Part shown: positions 20,520 to 31,623 of the stretch, piece by piece
Position numbering within the stretch: the first letter of the stretch is position 1
How the letters are laid out: every line of letters begins with the position of its first letter
Virus record (IMG/VR): IMGVR_UViG_3300028591_000127
Span: 45,072 to 109,071 of that record
Reading direction: 5' to 3' (one strand)
Length of the DNA stretch: 64,000 bases
Origin: a virus
Taxonomy: Duplodnaviria; Caudoviricetes
The notes under the pieces: model-generated
What the model saw: only the letters and a program-made list of their open reading frames with translations
What the model was told of the DNA's origin: nothing
Databases searched by the model: none
Translations under genes and position numbers: made by a program

Positions 20520-21119
20520 TTATGTGAGATTATCAAAAGTTCTGCTGTAGTGCTCAAACTTCATGCTCAGAACAACATCAGCACGATCGGTCTCAGACTC
20601 AGTAGCACCGTTCTCATCAATCTGTGCGTCGGTGATTACGCAGTTGAAGAATTCCAAAGATCTAACTGTAATACGAGAAGAGTTGGTCAGAACCAATTTA
20701 ACATTAGCTACCAAGTCATCCTTACGGAAGCTATATCTCGTATCACGATCAGCAATCTTCTGTCTCCAGTCATCCAACCAATAAGTAATAGCTTGGTCTT
20801 CACGATCTACAAACTGAAGGCTAAGAGTACCGTTGGTATTCTGACTAGTTTGCTGGTAGATATCCCAACCACCTCTCATACGCTTGGTAATACCGTTCGA
20901 AGAGGTGTCAATACCTACATTAACAGCATTCAGACGACCATTGAGGATTTCGTCACCCGGATAATAAACAATTTTGGGAGCCTGCGTAAAAGACAGCTTC
21001 CACATATCGCCACGAAGGAACTCACGGTTATTATCTTTATAGGTCTTTTCCCAGTCAATAAAGTTAATACCACTAAGAGCCTCACCACCTGGACGTACAA
21101 GTTCAGCAACTGTTGCCAT
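20520..21119 (-). CDS. Tail tube protein
   Basis: 199 aa; GTLSLQFVDREDQAITYWLDDWRQKI and terminal LSMKFEHY fit gp19-like tubes; follows a sheath-like gene. Confidence 0.7.
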   Translation of the reverse strand: MATVAELVRPGGEALSGINFIDWEKTYKDNNREFLRGDMWKLSFTQAPKIVYYPGDEILNGRLNAVNVGIDTSSNGITKRMRGGWDIYQQTSQNTNGTLSLQFVDREDQAITYWLDDWRQKIADRDTRYSFRKDDLVANVKLVLTNSSRITVRSLEFFNCVITDAQIDENGATESETDRADVVLSMKFEHYSRTFDNLT

Positions 21120-21127
21120 AGTATTAA

Positions 21128-23299
21128 TTAATTTTTATAATTTATTATGATGTCTAACTTCACATTGCTTTCTACCAAATCATTAACTCCTATCCAAAGT
21201 GTAAAGGAGATTTCATTTTCAGAGAGATTAGTATTATAATTCTCCATCTTGATCTGCTTAATTATTGTGAAGCGGTTTTTTATTCCATCTAGGATCCCTA
21301 AGATTGAGCCCTGAATATCAACAGTATAGGTTTGTCCTAAGAATTTCCATCTATTTTTGATTAATTCCCTTGTTATCTTGGCTTGTGAAAATCTCATCAA
21401 GGCAGTACAAGTTGGATTTGGACCACTGAAATACTCTCGGTAGTAATATTTCTGGTTGTTATCAATCAGATAGTTACACTTATAAGTTCTGTAATCGGTG
21501 TCATCAAAATTATATGGATCTCTATCAATACCATCAACAGGGCTGGGATAAAATACAGTATTTGTTGAAACTGAGTAGATATCCCTTAAGATCCCAGTTA
21601 AGAATAGATAGTATCCTGGTCGGCTAATGTCATTGATTGTTATATTGGAATAAAAGTAGACTAGTTTATTTTCTGAATCTAAGATATAATTTCTTTTGAA
21701 CCATTTGGCTCCACTATTACTGTCTCCATTTTCAATCAAAAACTGACATCCGCAGGCATTGGAGATATTGAGGAAAGTTCTATAGATGCTTAGAGGTTCG
21801 GGATCCTCACTATTATTCACTGTAATAAACTGATTAACGTCTGGTACAAGGTGAAAATCGGGTCTTATGAAATCCTCTTCATCTTTATACATCATCGACA
21901 AAGCATAGTTTGTAGCTTTAGGAGTACAAACATTTTCTTTTGCTCCTGCCAATTTCCAAGTTCCTACCGGCAATCTCTCAACAATACCATCAAGGACATA
22001 ATCACATCCTACCAGGTTTGACCTAGAGTTAATATCAAGATCTAATCTCACTAAGCCTTCTTTCTCAACTAACCATCCCTCAAATACTTCAATATAATCA
22101 TACCTTCTGAGTGTGATTCTATACTCATATCCAACAGAATCAGAATTAATTTCTTCTACTTGGACTGTTATATAGTTATCATCATCACTCCTATCACACC
22201 CTATCGTCTTACTCCAGAATTTAAGTGCTGGTACAGGAAGGGTTTCTGTATCTACTTTCGTTCCGTTAGTATAAGTCATCGTGGTAGGATTATATACAAA
22301 GTCTTCATTTTCAGCAACCTCCTCAAGAAGCGTATAAGAATCTTGTGCTGAAGGAGCCATTGTGAAGTTAGGAATAGTACTGAAGTAATTTACCTCAGTT
22401 GGAAAGTTAGTATAAAGTTTATTCTTATCACGGTCATAGAAATAAGTATATGATCCAGACGTCGTGAAGGATTGAAATATATCGCCAACACAGTTAACAC
22501 CTATTGCTCCTCCTGTCTTAAACTTAGAGGGTATTCCATTAATAGTATCAATGTCTGTGCTTGGATAATAAACTTTATATACCATCTTAGTGCCATTCCA
22601 AAACGGTAATACTAAATATTCCCCAGGATTTAGTACTTGCTGACCATCGAAAGAGACATCAAAAGCAAGTGTCTGATATCCCTTATCTATTCTCTCAGTA
22701 CTTAAGCCCTTCAAAGAGAAATAGAATGATGATTGTGAATTTATAATGCTTAACGGACTATTCTGAGGGCGATACTCTGGATTAGTATATTCAATCTGAG
22801 ATCCCAACCTGAATAGCGTTAAAGTGTCTCTATTATATATACCAGGATTTTGAATATTTTGGGGTAAGTCTTTTATATTGACAAAAATCCACCCATTAGA
22901 AGTAGAGTCATAATACCAGATGAATCTCTCAATAGAATCTTCACCTATTACCTGGTAAATTGTTTTTATTCCCTCATCTGTAAATTCTGGTTCCTCGGTA
23001 TAAATCTTACTCTCATCCAACGTATATTCTGAAAGATTTATGTAATCAGTTGTATCAGAGTATTGATCTAAATCTACAGGTCCCATCAACCAGAGAGAGT
23101 TATTTGTATCTATGAGTTCGTGAAGGAAAGAATATGATTTAAAATTCCTACCAAACCAGATGTCTAAAGCTGATGTAGTCCTTATGATAATAGGTTTCTC
23201 GTAAGTCATTGGAGATTCGGGAACCTGGGCAAATATCATAAGATCAGAAGAACCTGAACTACCATAGACTGTTGATATTTTTCCTAACTTAATATACAT
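21128..23299 (-). CDS. Second, divergent tail-sheath-like protein
   Basis: 723 aa; N-terminal PIIIRTTSALDIWFG and sheath-like C-terminus (ITRELIKNRWKFLG...NEISFTLWIGV). Confidence 0.55.
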   Translation of the reverse strand: MYIKLGKISTVYGSSGSSDLMIFAQVPESPMTYEKPIIIRTTSALDIWFGRNFKSYSFLHELIDTNNSLWLMGPVDLDQYSDTTDYINLSEYTLDESKIYTEEPEFTDEGIKTIYQVIGEDSIERFIWYYDSTSNGWIFVNIKDLPQNIQNPGIYNRDTLTLFRLGSQIEYTNPEYRPQNSPLSIINSQSSFYFSLKGLSTERIDKGYQTLAFDVSFDGQQVLNPGEYLVLPFWNGTKMVYKVYYPSTDIDTINGIPSKFKTGGAIGVNCVGDIFQSFTTSGSYTYFYDRDKNKLYTNFPTEVNYFSTIPNFTMAPSAQDSYTLLEEVAENEDFVYNPTTMTYTNGTKVDTETLPVPALKFWSKTIGCDRSDDDNYITVQVEEINSDSVGYEYRITLRRYDYIEVFEGWLVEKEGLVRLDLDINSRSNLVGCDYVLDGIVERLPVGTWKLAGAKENVCTPKATNYALSMMYKDEEDFIRPDFHLVPDVNQFITVNNSEDPEPLSIYRTFLNISNACGCQFLIENGDSNSGAKWFKRNYILDSENKLVYFYSNITINDISRPGYYLFLTGILRDIYSVSTNTVFYPSPVDGIDRDPYNFDDTDYRTYKCNYLIDNNQKYYYREYFSGPNPTCTALMRFSQAKITRELIKNRWKFLGQTYTVDIQGSILGILDGIKNRFTIIKQIKMENYNTNLSENEISFTLWIGVNDLVESNVKLDIIINYKN

Positions 23300-23304
23300 A
23301 ATGA

Positions 23305-26300
23305 CTAAAACAATAAATCAAGACCTTCTGAGGCTAACTTAGCAGTGGTCATAATTTTACTAGCCTTTTTCCTATCCGCTGCCATCTTAGCTTCAAAGTC
23401 ATTGTTCTTAGCTTTCAAGGAAGTTTTTTCCGGATCGTATATAGTCTCTTCCGATTTAGGATTCTCACCTACAATACTAAAGTTAACACTAAGATCTCCG
23501 CCGTCTCCCTCAATATCTCCAGACCTTTCTTCAACAAAATCTCTAAGAACTAGCAAGAGATCATATTTACTGATAGTTGAAAGCTGAGGAGTCATAGAAT
23601 AAATTCTACACCTGAAAGTTACATTTTTATATGGGGCAACAAGCTGGTATCTTTTATCTACAGCAGTAAGAGTGTTATCCTCATATGGATTAATATTTGT
23701 TACCTCATCTTTCTTCTTGGGTTCACTATAATAGATCATAGAATCAAGACATCTTTCAAAATAAGTTCTTAATGATTTAAATTGGTCATCAACAAAAGTC
23801 AATTTAAACTCATTTGTAAACTCCATAGATGTTGGATAAGCAATTTCACCATCAAAAAGTTGGAGGTTCTTAGTAGTAAGCTTTCCCTTTGCTAATTCAA
23901 AAGAAGTAATAGGTAAGTAAGTTGTATAGCCAGTTCTAACGTTATGATAGTACTTATTCCAGACATTAATTTCGTGTATTAATGGTAAATAAGTCTTTTC
24001 ATTATTCTCAGCTCCCATAAAAGGTTCAAGAATGATCTCCCAATACATATTAGAATCTAAGGTTATTACCTTGACCGAATTAAATTCGCTGGAAGTAAAC
24101 TTATTGGCTGAAGTCATATAAGGACTCTCTTTAATACTATCAAACATATCTTCGACAGTATTTATTTCATTGACTCTACTAACTTTAACTAAATCAACAA
24201 AGGTCTGTTTAATGCCTTCCCCTTTCAGGTACCTATTAGTAAACTTAACTTTATTACCAGGATCAACATCTTTTTCATCTGTCCCAAGCTGCTTATTACT
24301 CATAGCATACCAAGTAGTTTTACCACTAAGTAATTCGGTGGGATTATTAGAATCTTCATCCGGTCTATTGTGAGGCCTTACAGTATCAGGGAGAAGACAT
24401 TTTGCGGCAGAAATTACAGCCGACTTAGCCAGGTCTTGAAGATCGTTGCTATTATAAAGAGCTGCAGAGGCTACTTCTCGGAGTTTACTTTTAGCTTTAC
24501 CAGTTAAGAATTCATCTGATTCTCCAGGAAGTCTATCTCTGTTTAAACCAGCCTTAACCTCAGCAAGTTCTCTAGCAAGTACCATACCTGCCAAAGCCTC
24601 TTCAATCAGCTTAGCTTTAACCTTTGCATTGCCAACCTTTAATGCACTGACTGCCTGATGTGCTAGAACACCGAAGTCTAGAATACCTGTATGATACTGA
24701 TTTTGGACATGTTTCGCGGTGGGAATAGACTCTTCACCTTGTTTAAGATCCTCAGTTTCAAAATCCTCTACTTTATTAGGATTACCATCTCCACCATAAA
24801 GAATCTTACTGCCATATTCAGCGAGGTCTAGCTTATCAACTTTCTTTTGGCCTGGATCATCACTGGCAACGTAAGTCATTTTATAGACATCACCATTCTC
24901 CAATATAACCTTGTAAAGCTTTTCTTCTAAGGCCATATCTCTGGCTGAATCTAGGGTATTTTCAATGACTTCTCCTTTCTCATTAGTCCCTTCTACACTC
25001 TTAGCAACTTCAGTAACAACACTAACTATCTGCTCTACCCATTTAGATCTAGGATCCTTCGAGGGGTCTCCTGTTAGCTTAAGGATATTGTGAATTTTAC
25101 CAGCCAACTTATAAACTCTATTTACTAGCTTATATCTTAGGTTCTTGTCAAGCTCTTCAGGATTTAAGAAAGGTTGGAAATTTGAGCCAGGTTCAGGTAC
25201 CAGGACATTATTTGGATAAAGTTCTTGATCAGGGGCTTTATCTTTTTTATCAATGAAGTCTGATAGGTCTTGATCCTCTCCCTTATTCCCCTTCTCAACA
25301 AAGGTAGATAGTTCTTTATCCTCAGCCTTATCTTTTTTATCGACGAACTTTGATAGGTCTTGATCTTCAGGTTTATCCCTTTTCTCAACAAAGGTAGATA
25401 ACTCCTTGTCCTCAGCTTTATCTTTTTTATCAATGAAGTCTGATAGGCTTTGATCCTCCCCCTTCTCCCCTTTCTCAATAAAGGTAGAGAGTTCTTTATC
25501 TTCCGCCTTGTCTCTCTTGTCAATAAAATCTTCTAAGGTTTCATCAGAATTATCACTAATTTTATCCTGATAGTCGACTAGTTCTTTATCTTCAGCTTTA
25601 TCTTTTTTGTCGATAAAATCTTCTAAGGTTTCGTCAAGATTATCACTAATTTTATCCTGATAATCAACTAGTTCTTTATCTTCAGCTTTATCTTTTTTAT
25701 CAATGAAGTCCTCTAGGGTTTCATCAAGAGAATCACTAATTTTATCTTGATAATCAACTAGTTCTTTATCGGAAGCACCTTGAATCTGGTCTTTATAATC
25801 TTCAAGATCTTTATCAGTGGTTCCCTCTATTTCATCCTTATAGTCTTCAAGAGTTTCGTCTGTGTTATCTGTGAGGTCATCCCTATAATCAACAAGACTC
25901 TCTTCAGAGTCATAACTAAGACTTTCGATATAGTCACTTAGATTTGATCCATCCCAAGAGAAAGGATTAAAGTTCTCAGCACCCTTTTCAGAGTCAGAGG
26001 GAAGGCTATCTACATCAGAGTTATCACTGGCACTAGGAATAACACCTTCTTTATAGGTTCCAAGTTGTATGTCTGTTTGATTTCCTGTTATTGTATCTAA
26101 GAAATCACCCAGCTCTTGATCTTCATTCCCATTAATTTCTTCTCTGTGATCCTCAAGGGTCTCGTCAAGAGAATCTTTAATCGTTTCCTTATGATCCTCT
26201 AAAGTTTCATTAAGTGAATCCTTAAGACTCTCCCTATAATCCTCCAGTTTCTCCTCCTGGTTATCAGACAGTTCCTCCTTATGGCTTTCTAGTTTTTCAT

Positions 26301-27930
26301 CAAGAGAATCTTTTATTTCCTCCTTATGCTTATCAAGACTTTCGTCAAGTGAATCCTTAATTACCTCTTTATGGTCTTCTAAAGCTTCATCCTGACTATC
26401 CTTAATAAGTTCTTGATGATTTTCTAGTTCTGGGTCCTCATTCCCCTGAATATTTTCCTTATGGTTCTCAAGCTCTTCATCAGAACTATCACTTATTCTC
26501 TCTTTATGATCTTCCAAGTTTTCATCAAGAGAATTACTAAGCTTTTCTTTATAGTCTTCTAGATTCTCATCAAGGCTATCAGACAAGCCTTCTTTATAAT
26601 CCTCAAGGTTTTCATCTTGGTTTTCTGTAAGATTTTCTTTATGATCTTCTAGGACCTGATCTTCATTTCCTTGGATCTTTTCTTGGTAATCTTCTAACTT
26701 TTCATTAGTGGAATCTTTGATTACCTCTTTATGGTCCTCTAGTCTTTCGTCTGGGGAATCTGTTAGTTCTTCCCTGTGGTTCTCTAGAGTTTTATTAGGA
26801 TCATCACTTAATCCCTCTTTATGGTCCTCTAGGCTTTCATCTTGGTTATCATTTATTTTTTCTTGATAGTCCTCTAGAGTTTCATTAGGATTATCACTTA
26901 ACCCTTCTTTATGGTCTTCTAGGTTTTCATCTGGGGAATCCGTTAGTTCTTCCTTATGATCCTCTAGAGTTTCATTAGGATTATCACTTAACCCTTCTTT
27001 ATGGTCTTCTAGGTTTTCATCTGGGGTATCATTTATTTTTTCTTGATAGTCCTCTAGAGTTTCATTAGGATTATCACTTAACCCTTCTTTATGGTCTTCT
27101 AGGTTTTCATCTGGGGAATCCGTTAGTTCTTCCTTATGATCCTCTAGAGTTTCATTAAGTGAATCCTTAAGACCTTCCCTATAATCCTCTAGGCTTTCGT
27201 CTTGGCTATCACTTATTCTTTCTTTGTAATCCTCAAGTTCCTGACTTTCATTCCCCTTTATCTCCTCTTTGTGATCCTCTAAGGTTTCATCTTGATTATC
27301 CTCAATCACCTCTTTGTGGTTTTCAAGACTTTCATCAAGTGAATCCTTAATTACTTCTTTGTGATCTTCTAGTACCCGATCTTCGTTCCCTTGAATCTCT
27401 TCACGGTAATCTTCAAGTGATTCTAAGGCTTCTCCAGACTCAAGCTGATCAATAATACTAGAAAGCTCTCCTTCCCGAGTATCTTCAATTAGCTCTTTGT
27501 TGTCCTCAAGTTCAATATTCTCTCTTGTATCTACTAGTTCTTCCCTTAACTCACTTAATGCTGTTTCTAGCTCGTTTGTTAAAGTGTCAAGATCTTCAGG
27601 AAGTTCAATATCTCCTGCCGATTCAATAGTCTCTAGGTTGGTTCTTAATTCTAAATCACCCACTCTTTCTATTGTCTCAACTTGGTCAGGTAGAGTATTT
27701 TTTCTATCATCAATCAATCCCTCTACCCTGGTTGGAAGTTCAGGATCTTTCAAAAAACGGGCTCCCTGTACTTCTATATTGTCTTTATTCAGACTTTCAG
27801 TAAGGGAGTCGTAGTAGTCTTTTCTTTTCTTTAAGTACTTTGAAAGGGCTTTAATCTCTTCTGGTCTGGTGTAAGTATCACATCCACTACCCGGGACCAT
27901 ATTTTCCCTCTTAATATCAGTATCGAGCAT
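23305..27930 (-). CDS. Large acidic repeat protein with a tube-like C-terminal domain
   Basis: 1541 aa; dozens of 15-aa repeats; C-terminal FKLTFVDDQFKSLRTYF resembles the tube segment LSLQFVDREDQAITYW. Confidence 0.7.
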   Translation of the reverse strand: MLDTDIKRENMVPGSGCDTYTRPEEIKALSKYLKKRKDYYDSLTESLNKDNIEVQGARFLKDPELPTRVEGLIDDRKNTLPDQVETIERVGDLELRTNLETIESAGDIELPEDLDTLTNELETALSELREELVDTRENIELEDNKELIEDTREGELSSIIDQLESGEALESLEDYREEIQGNEDRVLEDHKEVIKDSLDESLENHKEVIEDNQDETLEDHKEEIKGNESQELEDYKERISDSQDESLEDYREGLKDSLNETLEDHKEELTDSPDENLEDHKEGLSDNPNETLEDYQEKINDTPDENLEDHKEGLSDNPNETLEDHKEELTDSPDENLEDHKEGLSDNPNETLEDYQEKINDNQDESLEDHKEGLSDDPNKTLENHREELTDSPDERLEDHKEVIKDSTNEKLEDYQEKIQGNEDQVLEDHKENLTENQDENLEDYKEGLSDSLDENLEDYKEKLSNSLDENLEDHKERISDSSDEELENHKENIQGNEDPELENHQELIKDSQDEALEDHKEVIKDSLDESLDKHKEEIKDSLDEKLESHKEELSDNQEEKLEDYRESLKDSLNETLEDHKETIKDSLDETLEDHREEINGNEDQELGDFLDTITGNQTDIQLGTYKEGVIPSASDNSDVDSLPSDSEKGAENFNPFSWDGSNLSDYIESLSYDSEESLVDYRDDLTDNTDETLEDYKDEIEGTTDKDLEDYKDQIQGASDKELVDYQDKISDSLDETLEDFIDKKDKAEDKELVDYQDKISDNLDETLEDFIDKKDKAEDKELVDYQDKISDNSDETLEDFIDKRDKAEDKELSTFIEKGEKGEDQSLSDFIDKKDKAEDKELSTFVEKRDKPEDQDLSKFVDKKDKAEDKELSTFVEKGNKGEDQDLSDFIDKKDKAPDQELYPNNVLVPEPGSNFQPFLNPEELDKNLRYKLVNRVYKLAGKIHNILKLTGDPSKDPRSKWVEQIVSVVTEVAKSVEGTNEKGEVIENTLDSARDMALEEKLYKVILENGDVYKMTYVASDDPGQKKVDKLDLAEYGSKILYGGDGNPNKVEDFETEDLKQGEESIPTAKHVQNQYHTGILDFGVLAHQAVSALKVGNAKVKAKLIEEALAGMVLARELAEVKAGLNRDRLPGESDEFLTGKAKSKLREVASAALYNSNDLQDLAKSAVISAAKCLLPDTVRPHNRPDEDSNNPTELLSGKTTWYAMSNKQLGTDEKDVDPGNKVKFTNRYLKGEGIKQTFVDLVKVSRVNEINTVEDMFDSIKESPYMTSANKFTSSEFNSVKVITLDSNMYWEIILEPFMGAENNEKTYLPLIHEINVWNKYYHNVRTGYTTYLPITSFELAKGKLTTKNLQLFDGEIAYPTSMEFTNEFKLTFVDDQFKSLRTYFERCLDSMIYYSEPKKKDEVTNINPYEDNTLTAVDKRYQLVAPYKNVTFRCRIYSMTPQLSTISKYDLLLVLRDFVEERSGDIEGDGGDLSVNFSIVGENPKSEETIYDPEKTSLKAKNNDFEAKMAADRKKASKIMTTAKLASEGLDLLF
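25220..27600 (-). repeat. Intragenic 45-bp (15-aa) tandem repeat array
   Basis: Units like LEDHKEELTDSPDEN and LEDFIDKKDKAEDKE; exact higher-order duplication 26847-26977 = 27027-27157. Confidence 0.9.
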
Positions 27931-27932
27931 AA

Positions 27933-28370
27933 TTAGGTATCAAGTGTTTCAATAATACTCATTAAGGCATAATAAAAGAGAGAGTCAGCGGTTTCAGTAA
28001 GCCCCATCTTTTGTGAGATCTTAAATCTGTATGTTCTTCCCTCTTTTGTAAATTGTAACTCATCACCAAGCTGAAGAGTCCCGTCGTTAGACCAAGCATC
28101 CAAAGTGTCACGGTTTCTATTCCAAACATCCCTCATATCACTCATATTAATTACTAGGGTGCAGGATAGTTGTTCATAGTCGTTTTCGAGGATGCTGCTA
28201 GAAGAGTATGAACCCCCAAATACGTTCTTCCACTTTGAATTATCCTTTGGTCTTAGGACAACAAACTGGGTGCCGTTCAATTTTAACTGCAGATTAATAT
28301 TTTTTAATCCTATCTTATAAAATTTCTGGGCCTTATCTAGTAATTTAGAGGCCATATTCTCATTAGCCAT
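27933..28370 (-). CDS. Putative head-closure/neck protein
   Basis: 145-aa beta-rich ORF (LQLGDELQF...YRFKI); head-tail joining context. Confidence 0.4.
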   Translation of the reverse strand: MANENMASKLLDKAQKFYKIGLKNINLQLKLNGTQFVVLRPKDNSKWKNVFGGSYSSSSILENDYEQLSCTLVINMSDMRDVWNRNRDTLDAWSNDGTLQLGDELQFTKEGRTYRFKISQKMGLTETADSLFYYALMSIIETLDT

Positions 28371-28373
28371 AGT

Positions 28374-29972
28374 TTAGTCGTTTGTTAAGAAAGTACAGAA
28401 CCCTTGATTCTTAATGATACTTTTCACTAGCTTATAATATTGCTGGAAAGTAAGAGGCCCTGATAACTTCATTACATTAATTCCTCTTTCGTAGTTAGTA
28501 TTGGTTCTTATAAATTTAGAAATCAATCTAACTTCGTCGTCAATATCGTACTGGCAATAATCTAAACTTCTGGGAATATAGATTCTAACATTAGTAGGAT
28601 CTGCTGTAATGCTAATTACATCCTTCGGAATTTTACTACTAATCTCATAATCTTCCTCCCCATCTCGGTCTAGCTTATCGACAATCATATCTATCATATT
28701 ATTGTTTGAAAATGTTGAATTTCTTAAGGCAGGTTTATCATAGAGATTTGGCTTCAAACCAAGATCCATAAATCTTTTTAGGATCTCATCGAAAGCATTA
28801 ACATTCTTTAAGGGGTAAGTATAGACAATAACCTCACCAGTATCACTTCGGTTGATTTCATCTGAGTACTTTCCATACCATCCCTTATCAATCTTAGTAG
28901 CCTCTTTCTTTGTGGAGGTTACAATAAATAAACCAGAGTTCATAGAGAAATTAACCGGATTCTTATCAGAACCAACAGTGAAGTGGAAGGATTCGACATA
29001 ACGGTTCTTACTTAATGCAGCCTCAAGAAATCTATTACTATACTCAGACTTGGCCATACCAGGAGCAGCAAGAGACTCACGCTCCCTATTAGTCAACTCA
29101 TTAATACCTTGAAGAATAGAATCGATCATAATAGCGGGGAGTGCAGAAGGTCCTCTACCAACAAGACGAATGACCTTAGCTCCGCTAGTACCCAACATCT
29201 TAATTAAATCATACTTACTGAAAGCCGATACAGAAAACTCTTTCTCCTCTTCCTCAGTAACTTCATCCATCTTATTTGTTGCCTCAAGAATTCTTCCCTC
29301 AATAGAAGCGAAGTGGTCTAAGAGATTAATAGGTGTATTAAGAACCTCACTAAGCTCTACAATAAACGAACAAATAACCTGGGTGTTAGTGAATGTTATA
29401 TTAACGGCATAAGAATTTAGCTTGAGATTAACTGCTCTCGCTGTATATTCCATACCATAATACTTCTTACAATAATAATCTAGAGTCTTAGAGGTTTTAT
29501 CTAATTCCTCTCGTGTCATTCCAAAAGTATATAGTGTTAGTTGACCTCTATGAACGGCAACAGTAACTTTATACTTCGTTACTTCTCTGTCATTAGTGGA
29601 GAATTTTTCATCAAACTTAGCCCTATGTTTAAGAGAATCTCCAATAATCACACCCCCCAGGTTATACATGCTAAACTGTCTTCTAATACCTCTGTCTATG
29701 TCTTGGAATTTAGCCGATGACATAGGCTTGTGAATATAGTTCAAGAATAATTTAGTAGCAATACCTGTTAAAATGCCAGCACCTGCACCCTTAAAAGCAC
29801 CCTCAATTATAGAGGAATCTTTCATATAGTGGCCAGCTACTGCACCAATTAAGGATCCTGCAACAGTGGTTTTTGATACTGTCTCAAGTGTTCCTGGAAG
29901 GCTAACTACGTCCTTTGGGCCTGTATAATGTCCCTCAGGAATAGTAAAATCTTTTCTTTTAAATTTAATCAT
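28374..29972 (-). CDS. Leader-bearing multi-domain glycine-zipper protein
   Basis: MIKFKRKDFT leader, GxxxG helices, internal KEFS and STFS motifs. Confidence 0.7.
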   Translation of the reverse strand: MIKFKRKDFTIPEGHYTGPKDVVSLPGTLETVSKTTVAGSLIGAVAGHYMKDSSIIEGAFKGAGAGILTGIATKLFLNYIHKPMSSAKFQDIDRGIRRQFSMYNLGGVIIGDSLKHRAKFDEKFSTNDREVTKYKVTVAVHRGQLTLYTFGMTREELDKTSKTLDYYCKKYYGMEYTARAVNLKLNSYAVNITFTNTQVICSFIVELSEVLNTPINLLDHFASIEGRILEATNKMDEVTEEEEKEFSVSAFSKYDLIKMLGTSGAKVIRLVGRGPSALPAIMIDSILQGINELTNRERESLAAPGMAKSEYSNRFLEAALSKNRYVESFHFTVGSDKNPVNFSMNSGLFIVTSTKKEATKIDKGWYGKYSDEINRSDTGEVIVYTYPLKNVNAFDEILKRFMDLGLKPNLYDKPALRNSTFSNNNMIDMIVDKLDRDGEEDYEISSKIPKDVISITADPTNVRIYIPRSLDYCQYDIDDEVRLISKFIRTNTNYERGINVMKLSGPLTFQQYYKLVKSIIKNQGFCTFLTND

Positions 29973-30799
29973 ATTGTCGCAGGGATAAATCCAGTTGATG
30001 TCATTAAGGGACTTTGAGTCATATTCTGAAGGCCTTTCTTAATTGATCTTTGTCTTATATCTCTACTAAACCCAGAACCAGCATACATCTCCCCGGCTTT
30101 CTTAGTAGCACTTTGATAAGGTCTTCTAACAAGCTTATTTAAGAGGCTAGCTGTTTCAGCAGGTCTTTGTAAATACATCTCCGCAGCAATACCCGCCTTA
30201 CCAACCATCAATTCTGGGTGTTGAAGAACAAAGAACGGATGAAAACTAGCAGCTTGGGCAACTCCAGATACTGGGTGTTGCGCTACGTAATGGATAACAT
30301 TATCAGCTACTTCACCTGTATTTTCATAAGCCATTCTAGCCCCCTCTTTACCTTTCTGTACAGCCTCTTCAGCTACTTTTCTTGATTTAGCTCTCGGAAC
30401 TCTAACCACTCTCCTATTGGCGGTTGTTGGAACTCCTGCTAAGATCTCAGCCTGGTTTCTTATTCCTTGGCCCACATTTTGAACAACCTCACTAGCTCTC
30501 GATCCAGTAATTAGGTGATGGCCTTCCTCTATAGCTTTGGTGACCGGATTACGCACAATATCTGAGGTTACTTCCCTAATTGTCCTAGAAGGAATTCTTT
30601 GAGGTCTAAAAGACCTTTGAGCAATAGGATTAGTAGGATGACCAAGTGTTGAGAGAATAGAATCACCAACTTTTAAACCAGCTTGATTAACTTGGGTCAT
30701 TACCTGGTCTGCTCCACTAACTAAGCCTCTTAATGCTCCCCTTGCTTTAACTAAGGATCTTTCTTTTATTCCAAAGTCTTTTTCTTTAAATTTAACCAT
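29969..30799 (-). CDS. Leader-bearing basic protein
   Basis: Start revised to MVKFKEKDFG at 30799. Confidence 0.65.
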   Translation of the reverse strand: MVKFKEKDFGIKERSLVKARGALRGLVSGADQVMTQVNQAGLKVGDSILSTLGHPTNPIAQRSFRPQRIPSRTIREVTSDIVRNPVTKAIEEGHHLITGSRASEVVQNVGQGIRNQAEILAGVPTTANRRVVRVPRAKSRKVAEEAVQKGKEGARMAYENTGEVADNVIHYVAQHPVSGVAQAASFHPFFVLQHPELMVGKAGIAAEMYLQRPAETASLLNKLVRRPYQSATKKAGEMYAGSGFSRDIRQRSIKKGLQNMTQSPLMTSTGFIPATI

Positions 30800-30803
30800 A
30801 GCT

Positions 30804-31607
30804 TTATAGTAATAGATCTCCATACCATCCAGACTGCATAGCATATTGATCACATCTTTGTTTCAACTCTTGATAAGCTGAGTCAACATTATTAAATACT
30901 TGAACAGCCCCGTTAGGAAGTGATAAGGAAGCATTAAGTTGTCGAATATAGTCAAGAAGGTAGACAAGGACAAGATCCATAAAGAACTTACCTCTTGCAC
31001 CACCAGTCTCTACGTCCATCCAATAGATAGCACAACTCTCATCATTCTCATCAAATTTTTTATCAGAGGTCCAGCAAGGTACTATAGGTCTTGCAACACA
31101 ACCCTTAATATAAATGCTTCTTTGATTTGTTGTATCTCCGTTGAAAATTCCTAAATCTCCAGTATAAAGATAGGGTGCTTGATAATCTGAAAATGGTTGA
31201 TAAGATCCGAAAGTAGGCGTGACTCCAAGTGTAGCGCCATAATATCCTCCTGTATAATTACCATAACCATCCCCTAATCTCCAGTAAGGTAAAGAAGTAG
31301 GAAGTAAGACGATATCATTCTCTCCAATTAGACACTTAAGAAACAGTGTAAAATTTGGTTTTATTTCAGACCAACCAGGCCTTCCATAACAAGTAGCTAA
31401 TGATGCGCCAGTATTAAGTCTCATCTCTAGTACTAGAGGCTCCGTCAGCTCAAATTCTCTTAGGGCATTCTTAAAAATTTCGAGTAGAATTTCATCCGCT
31501 GAGATACCATCATTTAGCCCTAAGATTTCATCTAACCCAGAGATGCCAATTAGTGTAGATCTTATAAAAACCTTCTTTTTCAGATCAACAAGTTTAGTCT
31601 TCTGCAT
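30804..31607 (-). CDS. Putative neck/head-tail adaptor protein
   Basis: 267 aa next to the sheath; helical N- and C-termini around a beta insertion, as in gp13-like adaptors (inference). Confidence 0.4.
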   Translation of the reverse strand: MQKTKLVDLKKKVFIRSTLIGISGLDEILGLNDGISADEILLEIFKNALREFELTEPLVLEMRLNTGASLATCYGRPGWSEIKPNFTLFLKCLIGENDIVLLPTSLPYWRLGDGYGNYTGGYYGATLGVTPTFGSYQPFSDYQAPYLYTGDLGIFNGDTTNQRSIYIKGCVARPIVPCWTSDKKFDENDESCAIYWMDVETGGARGKFFMDLVLVYLLDYIRQLNASLSLPNGAVQVFNNVDSAYQELKQRCDQYAMQSGWYGDLLL

Positions 31608-31623
31608 TCTACTTATATTAAAG

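Noticed and set aside
25220-27600. Regular 45-bp periodicity resembling a CRISPR array
   Set aside because: It is an in-frame coding repeat with synonymous variation, no unique spacers and no cas genes.
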